Source of the DNA: a virus
Taxonomy: Duplodnaviria; Heunggongvirae; Uroviricota; Caudoviricetes
DNA length: 17,533 bases
IMG/VR virus record: IMGVR_UViG_2711768056_000003
Location: 1 to 17,533 of that record
Reading direction: 5' to 3' (one strand)
Part shown: in pieces, positions 8,609 through 15,109 of the stretch
Layout: the number at the start of each line of letters is the position of its first letter
Position numbering within the stretch: the first letter of the stretch is position 1
The notes under the pieces: generated by a model
Told to the model about the DNA's origin: nothing
What the model saw: the letters and a program-made list of their open reading frames with translations, nothing else
Database searches by the model: none
Position numbers and translations under genes: made by a program

Positions 8609-8693
8609 TTCTTAAGATTTCCAATAGTGAATAGTTAGTTGAAAGGTATGCGTGGAAACGCATATGGCCTTGGTTGGTCAGATATTCTGGGAT

Positions 8694-8739
8694 TCGCTTT
8701 TCAGCGACGTAGGACGAATGTCCGTTGTTACAAAGAGCG
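8694..8739 (-). promoter_or_regulatory. nutR candidate (boxA, small hairpin, boxB hairpin)
   Basis: Minus-strand RNA 8 nt after the cro stop: CGCTCTTTGTAACAAC (boxA-like), GGAC-auuc-GUCC, uacg, then UCGCU-GAAA-AGCGA (5-bp stem, GAAA tetraloop); same architecture as the nutL candidate. Confidence 0.6.
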
Positions 8740-8746
8740 GGGTTAC

Positions 8747-8974
8747 TTATGCTGCCAGAAGGTTCTTTTTGCTTATTTCAAGCAATTCGCTTGCTTGATA
8801 TTTGCCACCAGAAATCTCTTCGATTTTTGAGGCGTATTTCGTTTTCCCAAAAAACTCAGTCTTAGGGAGGAAGCCGTTTTTGAGCCACTTATAGACAGCC
8901 CTTTCGCTAACTCCACAAGCCTTCGCAACTTCAGGGATGCCGACACCTTTAATCGGCTCATCAAGATTTTGCAT
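8747..8974 (-). CDS. cro: Cro-like repressor (HTH)
   Basis: 75 aa with HTH (IPEVAKACGVSERAVYKWLKNG); divergent from cI across the operator region; SD AAGGG upstream. Confidence 0.75.
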   Translation of the reverse strand: MQNLDEPIKGVGIPEVAKACGVSERAVYKWLKNGFLPKTEFFGKTKYASKIEEISGGKYQASELLEISKKNLLAA

Positions 8975-9053
8975 AGGAATATCCCTTTTTCGTACTTTTA
9001 GTACGCATTATGGTTGAACTGAAAGTTTTTGCAAGTGCTTTAGTATCGTACTC
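8975..9053. promoter_or_regulatory. OR switch region: PR for cro on the minus strand, PRM for leaderless cI on the plus strand, candidate operators
   Basis: PR: -35 TTGCAA (9029..9034), 16-bp spacer, -10 CATAAT (minus strand of 9007..9012). Candidate operators: CGTACTTTTAGTACG (8991..9005) and TTTAGTATCGTACTC (9039..9053). cI ATG has no SD. Confidence 0.6.
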
Positions 9054-9761
9054 ATGGTTCAGAATGAAAAAGTGCGCAAAGAATTCGCCCAGCGGCTAGC
9101 GCAAGCCTGTAAAGAAGCTGGTCTTGATGAACATGGTAGGGGTATGGCCATAGCCCGTGCCCTTTCTCTTTCGTCCAAAGGCGTTAGCAAATGGTTTAAT
9201 GCTGAGTCTTTACCGCGTCAGGAAAAAATGAATGCGCTTGCGAAATTTCTAAACGTTGATGTTGTTTGGCTTCAGCACGGCACTTCGTTAAATGGAGCGA
9301 ATGATGAAGATACTCTTTCATTTGTTGGCAAATTAAAAAAAGGGTTAGTGCGCGTGGTTGGTGAGGCAATTCTTGGTGTTGATGGTGCCATCGAGATGAC
9401 CGAAGAGCGCGATGGGTGGCTCAAGATTTATAGTGATGATCCAGATGCCTTTGGTCTTCGTGTGAAAGGAGACAGCATGTGGCCCAGAATAAAATCAGGA
9501 GAATATGTACTCATTGAGCCTAACACCAAAGTATTCCCGGGTGATGAGGTGTTTGTCAGAACCATCGAAGGACACAACATGATCAAGATTCTTGGCTATG
9601 ACAGAGATGGAGAATACCAGTTTACAAGCATCAACCAAGACCACAGACCAATAACGTTGCCTTATCATCAAGTAGCAAAGGTGGAGTATGTGGCTGGTAT
9701 TCTGAAGCAGTCCCGCCATCTGGATGACATCGAGGCAAGGGAGTGGCTGAAAAGTTCGTGA
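9054..9761 (+). CDS. cI: CI prophage repressor (N-terminal HTH + C-terminal LexA/S24-like autocleavage domain)
   Basis: 235 aa; N-terminal HTH; C-terminal domain with GDSMWP serine motif and downstream lysine typical of S24 self-cleaving repressors; divergent from cro. Confidence 0.9.
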   Translation: MVQNEKVRKEFAQRLAQACKEAGLDEHGRGMAIARALSLSSKGVSKWFNAESLPRQEKMNALAKFLNVDVVWLQHGTSLNGANDEDTLSFVGKLKKGLVRVVGEAILGVDGAIEMTEERDGWLKIYSDDPDAFGLRVKGDSMWPRIKSGEYVLIEPNTKVFPGDEVFVRTIEGHNMIKILGYDRDGEYQFTSINQDHRPITLPYHQVAKVEYVAGILKQSRHLDDIEAREWLKSS

Positions 9762-9878
9762 CTTCATCGTCACATAGCTGGTAACCAATGGCCTGAAGAG
9801 ACGTTTGGGTGATATATGTGAAATGCATATATTGATATAAATGCAGCAATATCAAATAGTTAAAAGGTTATATTTTTA

Positions 9879-10259
9879 ATGAATGATCTTGATAAGAAAA
9901 AGTACGACCAAGTTATTGATTCTGTGAACTTCGCCCTTAGATCGTTGTCAGAGTTATTCGAAGCCCATGGAATGCATGGGATGTATGATCTAACGAATCC
10001 AAGCCTTGATGAGCTAAAATTAGTGTTTACAAGGATGAAAAACGGTGTTGACTCTATTGCTCAAAGCTTTGAGCACATGGTAGAGACAGCAAAGGATATG
10101 GATGCCGCAAGTGCAAGCATAAATGTTATGAACATCAAACAAGGATTGATGTATGCTGAATCACTATTGCTTGCTGTAGAGAAATTAGACTATGATAAAT
10201 GTGTGGAAGCAAATACGCAGATAAAAACCCACGATCTTCCACCAACCCAATGGCCTTAA
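9879..10259 (+). CDS. Hypothetical 126-aa protein in the rex position (candidate lysogen-expressed cargo gene)
   Basis: ORF directly downstream of cI on the same strand, in a visibly AT-rich segment; predicted soluble, helical; no family recognised. Confidence 0.6.
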   Translation: MNDLDKKKYDQVIDSVNFALRSLSELFEAHGMHGMYDLTNPSLDELKLVFTRMKNGVDSIAQSFEHMVETAKDMDAASASINVMNIKQGLMYAESLLLAVEKLDYDKCVEANTQIKTHDLPPTQWP

Positions 10260-10328
10260 TAGTAAATCAAGATTTCATATAGTCTATTTGAACTAGGCTA
10301 GTACCATAAAATAAACCGAGGAAACGCA

Positions 10329-10430
10329 ATGAAAACCATGTCCACTCTGCACAAAGATGCAATGACCCTGAGATCTCTCATTAACGAGATTCTGGCTCGC
10401 TCGTCAGCACACACCAAAAAAGCCGCATAA
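10329..10430 (+). CDS. Small hypothetical ORF (33 aa) downstream of the 126-aa gene
   Basis: Hand-translated MKTMSTLHKDAMTLRSLINEILARSSAHTKKAA; SD GAGGA 7 nt upstream; followed within 11 nt by an intrinsic terminator. Confidence 0.4.
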   Translation: MKTMSTLHKDAMTLRSLINEILARSSAHTKKAA

Positions 10431-10440
10431 TGCCTACATA

Positions 10441-10469
10441 ACCCGGCCTCAGCGCCGGGTTTTCTTTGC
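10441..10469 (+). terminator. Rho-independent terminator closing the cI-side (immunity) transcription unit
   Basis: ACCCGGC-cucagc-GCCGGGU (7-bp GC-rich stem) followed by TTTTCTTT. Confidence 0.7.
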
Positions 10470-10636
10470 CTCACGATCGCCCTCCCATATTTAATAGCCG
10501 CAAATGTGGTAAACCGCGAACCAACTCACCAGCAATAACCACTCCAACTACAGACCAATCTGCAGCATTTACAAAAATAAATTTCCTTATATATCAAAAT
10601 CATATATCGCAGCATTAATAAATCACAAAATTTCGT

Positions 10637-10676
10637 ACCAATAGTTCTTGATAATGTCGAACTATTGGTTCATTAT
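10637..10676 (+). promoter_or_regulatory. Candidate pL promoter overlapped by a perfect inverted repeat (candidate operator)
   Basis: -35 TTGATA (10648..10653), 17-bp spacer, -10 CATTAT (10671..10676); 11-bp perfect inverted repeat ACCAATAGTTC (10637..10647) / GAACTATTGGT (10659..10669) spans the -35 and spacer; TTTCGTAC upstream shares an 8-mer with OR. Confidence 0.45.
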
Positions 10677-10722
10677 TGTCACATCAGCAGGACGCTGGAA
10701 GCCAAACGGAACAGACTGGCAG

Positions 10723-10768
10723 GCTCTTTAAACAACGTCGAACTCTCGACTACGTGGCTGAAAAGCCA
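10723..10768 (+). promoter_or_regulatory. nutL candidate (boxA, small hairpin, boxB hairpin)
   Basis: GCTCTTTAAACAACG (boxA-like, rrn-boxA-like), GTCGA-acuc-UCGAC, uacg, then UGGCU-GAAA-AGCCA (5-bp stem, GAAA tetraloop); between pL and N. Confidence 0.6.
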
Positions 10769-10866
10769 GATCACCCAACCACATAAGCTGTGGGATGCAA
10801 TGCCGAAGCAACCGTCTCAGGAGGGGCTTCGAGATTGCATCGCCAAAGTTTATTCGGGAGGAATCT

Positions 10867-11139
10867 ATGTCCAGAAAAACAGAATTTAAAGGCACCGCAG
10901 CTTCTCGCCGTAGAGCTCGTCGTGCAAATCTGCAAAGTCAGGAGGCGATCAGCTCCGACAAGCTACACAGGCCAACCCCTTCACGAGTGGTCTTGCAATG
11001 CAAGCGCAAACCAGCAATGAGAGCAGAAGTAATAACACTGACAACGTTGACCAGAAAATATGAAGGCTCAACTTGTCTTCCAAACGTAGCTCTTTACGCG
11101 GCAGGCTACCGTAAATCCAAACAACTGACAGCGAGGTAA
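10867..11139 (+). CDS. N: N-like transcription antiterminator (arginine-rich motif)
   Basis: Start at MSRKTEFKGTAASRRRARRANLQ with ARM resembling lambda/P22 N; SD GGGAGG upstream; first gene after pL/nutL. Confidence 0.75.
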   Translation: MSRKTEFKGTAASRRRARRANLQSQEAISSDKLHRPTPSRVVLQCKRKPAMRAEVITLTTLTRKYEGSTCLPNVALYAAGYRKSKQLTAR

Positions 11140-11141
11140 TT

Positions 11142-11594
11142 ATGGATTTAAGTAAATTAGAAAGCTCTTTGGAAGCATCAGTAAAAAAATTTATATCAGT
11201 AATTGATGAAAAAACTGAAGATATTAAGAAAGCAAATATTATCGAACTTGTAGAAACAAGAACCAGCACATTTGAACATCTTCCTGATGATGTCCGGTCA
11301 GCGGCAATTCACGTATATGTAACGGCACTAAGCAATATTGAACCCCCAATTGATGAAGAATCAAGAGATATTCAGAGAAAACGACTTGAAATGTTAGCCA
11401 GCAACATTATCGCTGGTTTCACACGGCTCTTAGCAAAAAAGCCTGCCAGTGAAGCTATTCGCCAGCAGGCTCAGGTAATGATTAATCAGGCAGAAACTAT
11501 TTCACGTGAGCGAAAAGCATTTGATAAATCGGTTTCTGAACTTCCAACACCTCAACCGCAGCCGCTGAACCTTCCTTCTCAACAAACTGAATAA
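11142..11594 (+). CDS. Hypothetical 150-aa protein, translationally coupled to N (ral/sieB position)
   Basis: Starts 2 nt after the N stop with SD GAGG; AT-rich 5' half; C-terminal 98 bp overlap a convergent minus-strand ORF. Confidence 0.5.
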   Translation: MDLSKLESSLEASVKKFISVIDEKTEDIKKANIIELVETRTSTFEHLPDDVRSAAIHVYVTALSNIEPPIDEESRDIQRKRLEMLASNIIAGFTRLLAKKPASEAIRQQAQVMINQAETISRERKAFDKSVSELPTPQPQPLNLPSQQTE

Positions 11595-11751
11595 CTTCAT
11601 CAAGATTCTTTTTTGCATTTGTTGATTGCTCAGGCGGCATAGCAGAAACAATCGAAATGATTGCTTGCTGGAGCGCGAGGTTTTCAGTGCTCAGTTTTGA
11701 AACTCTGTCGTTTAAATCCTCAATGATTTTAACAAGAGATACATCTGACAT
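11497..11751 (-). CDS. Hypothetical 84-aa protein encoded antisense to the pL operon
   Basis: Strong SD AAGGAG 6 nt upstream of ATG; helical, coiled-coil-like sequence; opposite orientation to all neighbouring early-left genes. Confidence 0.5.
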   Translation of the reverse strand: MSDVSLVKIIEDLNDRVSKLSTENLALQQAIISIVSAMPPEQSTNAKKNLDEVIQFVEKEGSAAAVEVLEVQKPIYQMLFAHVK

Positions 11752-11764
11752 GTGAACTCCTTAT

Positions 11765-11811
11765 TTTGACTGTGGAAACAACAGTCTACCCATTTCCTTT
11801 GACTGTGGAAA
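11765..11811. repeat. Two perfect 14-bp direct repeats TTTGACTGTGGAAA, the first overlapping a 6-bp-stem hairpin
   Basis: Copies at 11765..11778 and 11798..11811; GACTGT (11768..11773) pairs with ACAGTC (11781..11786); immediately upstream of the 84-aa minus-strand gene start. Confidence 0.6.
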
Positions 11812-11961
11812 GTGAAGGAACCACCGAGCCTGATGTGGTTAAAAGACAGGCACACTAATAAACACTGCACTGTGTATTCATTCCAACGAGTGAATACACG
11901 GAGCAATGTCGCTCGTAACTAAACAGGAGCCGACTTGTTCTGATTATTGGAAATCTTCTTT

Positions 11962-11988
11962 GCCCTCCTATGTGAGGGCAATTTTTTG
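11962..11988 (+). terminator. Rho-independent terminator (tL1-like) in the pL operon
   Basis: GCCCTC-cuaugu-GAGGGC followed by AATTTTTTG; directly precedes the SD of the next gene. Confidence 0.6.
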
Positions 11989-11999
11989 ACGGAGGATAT

Positions 12000-12311
12000 A
12001 TGAAATTACGTGTCTGGCATATCCCGCAAGTACCTATGAAGCCGTTCATTGTAGAAGTGGCAAGTGTTGAAGAGGGTGTTCGCCTGATGGACGCACTGGC
12101 TGATTATGACGCCTTTCAGTATGACAACAACATCAAGCCTGATTACTGCAATGCTAACGGCCTTGAGATGTGGGATGAGAGCCTTACCGATGAAGATTTA
12201 TCAGAGATGGGGCTTACTGATCGCTGGGTGGATTGGTACAGCGAATGCCAATGTTACGACGACCCACGTAAATATCTCGAAAGCCTGAAAGAAGAAACAT
12301 CAGCCGCCTAA
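12000..12311 (+). CDS. Hypothetical strongly acidic 103-aa protein
   Basis: SD GGAGG 5 nt upstream; large excess of Asp/Glu over Lys/Arg; early-left operon position. Confidence 0.6.
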   Translation: MKLRVWHIPQVPMKPFIVEVASVEEGVRLMDALADYDAFQYDNNIKPDYCNANGLEMWDESLTDEDLSEMGLTDRWVDWYSECQCYDDPRKYLESLKEETSAA

Positions 12312-12386
12312 GCGCGGCTTTACCGCATACCAATAACGCTTCACTCGAGGCGTTTTCGTTATGCAATCAAACAGAAGGAGCATCCT

Positions 12387-12557
12387 ATGCAACAGTTCGC
12401 TATTGCAGGGGCGGCATCGGTTCGCCCTTTCAACCCGATTTTATCGGTACAGCATTCACGAAAAAATATTTTAACCGGAGCAGACTTTAAACAACCAAGA
12501 ATGAAAAGTTTGCTCGAAAAGCTTTGGGATATTTTGAAACAACAAGGCCGTCCATGA
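12387..12557 (+). CDS. cIII: CIII-like protein (FtsH/HflB inhibitor protecting CII)
   Basis: Hand-translated 56 aa MQQFAIAGAASVRPF...LLEKLWDILKQQGRP; N-terminal MQ.AIAG and C-terminal L.DIL.Q.G.P parallel lambda CIII; SD AAGGAG. Confidence 0.65.
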   Translation: MQQFAIAGAASVRPFNPILSVQHSRKNILTGADFKQPRMKSLLEKLWDILKQQGRP

Positions 12558-12664
12558 GTTTTACAGATAACTGGTCAGACGAAGAATTCATTCGTCAGAT
12601 GAACAAAATGCTCAATCAGCACAAAGAACAGGAGAAAGATGATGATTCTGACTCTGAAAGATGA
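12554..12664 (+). CDS. Small acidic ORF (36 aa), translationally coupled to cIII (kil position)
   Basis: ATGA overlap with the cIII stop; MSFTDNWSDEEFIRQMNKMLNQHKEQEKDDDSDSER; overlaps the start of the next ORF in another frame. Confidence 0.3.
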   Translation: MSFTDNWSDEEFIRQMNKMLNQHKEQEKDDDSDSER

Positions 12665-12950
12665 GCGTGAAATATCGCAAATAATCGCAAGTTTTACTGA
12701 TGAAGATTACGAACGAATCAAAAGTGAAGTTGATCGCCTCTGCAAACGTTGCGACCCAATAAGCGAAATGCTTCGCTCATATAAACCAGATGAACACACT
12801 AAGGACGCTATCGACTGGCTGGAAGATTATGACTGTAACTATCAGGAAAAAGCCGCTGAATGGTTCTGGGATGCAATAACCGAAAGAGTTAAGGCTGAAT
12901 ATGCCTTCGCAATATTCAAACGCAGACATATTTATGGAGAAGCTGCATGA
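12639..12950 (+). CDS. Hypothetical 103-aa protein upstream of recT
   Basis: Long ORF with ATGA overlap to recT; acidic; no family recognised. Confidence 0.55.
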   Translation: MMILTLKDEREISQIIASFTDEDYERIKSEVDRLCKRCDPISEMLRSYKPDEHTKDAIDWLEDYDCNYQEKAAEWFWDAITERVKAEYAFAIFKRRHIYGEAA

Positions 12951-13858
12951 GCAATATCGTTGAATTCGTTAAACAGCAAGAGCAGTTATTCTGCGGAGCA
13001 TTGACTGAACAGACGGTGACATGGGCTAAGGAAAGCCAGTTTGCAATTCAGTATTTCCAGAAAAATGATTACCTGGCTAAAACGGCACTGGCAAATCCAA
13101 CCAGCGCACAGAACGCCATCATCAATGTTGCGGCGATCGGCATCACCTTAAACCCGGCCAGCAAACTGGCTTATCTGGTTCCTCGCGACGGCATGGTGTG
13201 CCTTGATATCAGTTATATGGGATTGCTCCATATTGCAATGGAGTCTGGTGTTATCTCATGGGGTCAGGCAAAACTTGTTCATGCTAACGATACCTATGAG
13301 TCAAACGGGCTTGATAAAGCACCAACCCATAAATACAACGCCTTCGGTGATCGTGGTGATATCGTTGGCGTTTACTGCACAGTTAAGACGCCAGCAGGTG
13401 ATTATCTAACGGAAGAGATGAGTCTGGCTGAAATTGAGGCTGTAAGGAAAACAAGCAAGGCGGCATTCAGCGATAAAGGACCATGGGTAAATCACTGGAA
13501 TGAGATGGCGCGAAAGACGGTCGTAAAGCGTGCAAGCAAGTATTGGCCTAAGGCATCACGTCTTGATAGTGCTATTCACGTACTAAACGAAGAAGAAGGT
13601 GTGTGGACTGAACCAGTTATGCCGCACAAATCAGAGGAAGATATCCGCGAAGATGAACGGAAACGCCAGCAGGAAATAACGGATAAAGCACAACTTCTTT
13701 GCGATGAAATGGCTCAGGCAGAAAACATGGATGATTTGAAGCGATATTTTGCAGAAGCATATCGCCTGACATCTGGAATGAAATTGCAGCAGAACGTACA
13801 AGCCATTTACATAGAATGCAAAGCGAAACTGGAGGTTGCCAGTGAGCAAACTGTATGA
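12947..13858 (+). CDS. recT: RecT-family single-strand annealing recombinase
   Basis: 303 aa; GPWVNHWNEMARKTVVKRASKYWP parallels Rac RecT GPWVTHWEEMAKKTAIRRLFKYLP. Confidence 0.9.
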   Translation: MSNIVEFVKQQEQLFCGALTEQTVTWAKESQFAIQYFQKNDYLAKTALANPTSAQNAIINVAAIGITLNPASKLAYLVPRDGMVCLDISYMGLLHIAMESGVISWGQAKLVHANDTYESNGLDKAPTHKYNAFGDRGDIVGVYCTVKTPAGDYLTEEMSLAEIEAVRKTSKAAFSDKGPWVNHWNEMARKTVVKRASKYWPKASRLDSAIHVLNEEEGVWTEPVMPHKSEEDIREDERKRQQEITDKAQLLCDEMAQAENMDDLKRYFAEAYRLTSGMKLQQNVQAIYIECKAKLEVASEQTV

Positions 13859-14324
13859 AATAGCCAATGAATACGCAAAGCTGATGGATTCAGATTTAGA
13901 GCCAGAGATGATTGCTGACACAATAGAAGGCATGGAAGGAGAATTTACCGATAAAATAGAGCAACTTCTTGCCATTATTAAAAATGAATCTGGTTATGCT
14001 GAACGCCTCAAGGAAGAGGCAAAGTCACTGAATGAGCGAGCCGCAGTAATTCAAAATAAGATTGAGAGCATCAAATCATATATAGCGTCATCGCTTGAAA
14101 TGGTTGGCAAGAAAAAGATTCGAGCAGGTATTCACCAGGTAACAATCCGCAAACCGTCAGAAACTGTAGAAATCATCGACTCAAGCGCCCTTCCTCCTGA
14201 ATACGTTGAGTTTGAAACGACAATTAAAGCCGACAAACTGGCAATCAAACACCAACTAAAAGCAGGAATAAATATCCCCGGCGCTCAACTCAAAGTTGGG
14301 AAACCTTCACTTCTTATCAAATAA
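13842..14324 (+). CDS. Gp157/Gam-like protein (possible host-nuclease inhibitor); GTG start
   Basis: About 160 aa with N-terminal coiled coil; SD GGAGG 6 nt before GTG at 13842; overlaps the recT 3' end; family assignment from memory only. Confidence 0.5.
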   Translation: MSKLYEIANEYAKLMDSDLEPEMIADTIEGMEGEFTDKIEQLLAIIKNESGYAERLKEEAKSLNERAAVIQNKIESIKSYIASSLEMVGKKKIRAGIHQVTIRKPSETVEIIDSSALPPEYVEFETTIKADKLAIKHQLKAGINIPGAQLKVGKPSLLIK

Positions 14325-14335
14325 CGGTATCGACT

Positions 14336-14650
14336 ATGAAAAAGACTCCATGGGAGAAATGGGAAGTCGATTTCTTGCGCGAGGTAGCGGCGACAATGCC
14401 AGTTGAAGTTATCGCTGAAAAACTGGAAAGGACTGAAAAAGCAGTAATGGCGAAAGCAACAAGGATTGGCGCTGACATTGTTAGCCGACTTCGTGGAAGA
14501 CGATGGACAAGAGCCGAAGTATCACTTTTCGGTAAGTTCTCCGCAGAAGAAATAGCAATTGCAACCTGCCGCTCAATTTATTCAGTAAGAGCTATGCGAT
14601 ACAAGCTAAAAAAACTCGATGAAGAAAGAGCAGGCATACGAATAAATTAA
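14336..14650 (+). CDS. Hypothetical 104-aa protein with an internal tandem duplication of an HTH-like segment
   Basis: Residues WEKWEVDFLREVAATMPVEVIAEKLERTEKAVMAKATRIG and RRWTRAEVSLFGKFSAEEIAIATCRSIYSVRAMRYKLKKL share a repeated pattern. Confidence 0.6.
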   Translation: MKKTPWEKWEVDFLREVAATMPVEVIAEKLERTEKAVMAKATRIGADIVSRLRGRRWTRAEVSLFGKFSAEEIAIATCRSIYSVRAMRYKLKKLDEERAGIRIN

Positions 14651-14666
14651 CATGGAGTAATTAACA

Positions 14667-14948
14667 ATGAAGCTAAACATCGACCTTGGAAAATACGTTA
14701 TTACCGGAACCAAACACGACCTGATTCTTAGCGAAAGAGGAATTATCAAAGAAGGTGAGAATGCAGGGAAAGAAACACTAAGCCGTATCGGTTATTACAG
14801 CAAGTTTGAGCATCTGGTTAAAGAGTTATGCAACCGTGAAATCCTGTTATCTCAGGCGCAGACGCTACAGGATATTCAGCAGCATATCGAGACTTTAGGT
14901 GTGTCACTTAGCATGGCCGTTGACCAGTTCGTGGAGAGTAAATCATGA
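14667..14948 (+). CDS. Hypothetical 93-aa protein
   Basis: ORF with SD GGAG upstream in a tightly packed operon; no family recognised. Confidence 0.55.
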   Translation: MKLNIDLGKYVITGTKHDLILSERGIIKEGENAGKETLSRIGYYSKFEHLVKELCNREILLSQAQTLQDIQQHIETLGVSLSMAVDQFVESKS

Positions 14949-15109
14949 GAGGACTTGCATACAATCCCGGCATTCTTCCGGCAGAAATGATTATTCTCCA
15001 ACGCGTAAAGCCAATGCCATCGAGAGAGGAATTGCTTAAGAGAAATTCTTTTCCGTCAGTAAATCAAAACAAATATCTGAATGCGATGTGGCGGAGTGGG
15101 AAGAAATGA
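14945..15109 (+). CDS. Small hypothetical ORF (54 aa), translationally coupled
   Basis: ATGA overlap with the upstream gene stop and ATGA overlap with the downstream gene start; [54 protein letters not shown]. Confidence 0.35.
   Translation: MRGLAYNPGILPAEMIILQRVKPMPSREELLKRNSFPSVNQNKYLNAMWRSGKK

Noticed and set aside
11712-12049. Minus-strand ORFs 11712..11906 and 11855..12049
   Set aside because: They overlap the repeat/terminator-rich regulatory segment and each other, lack SD sequences, and are Cys/His-rich low-complexity translations.
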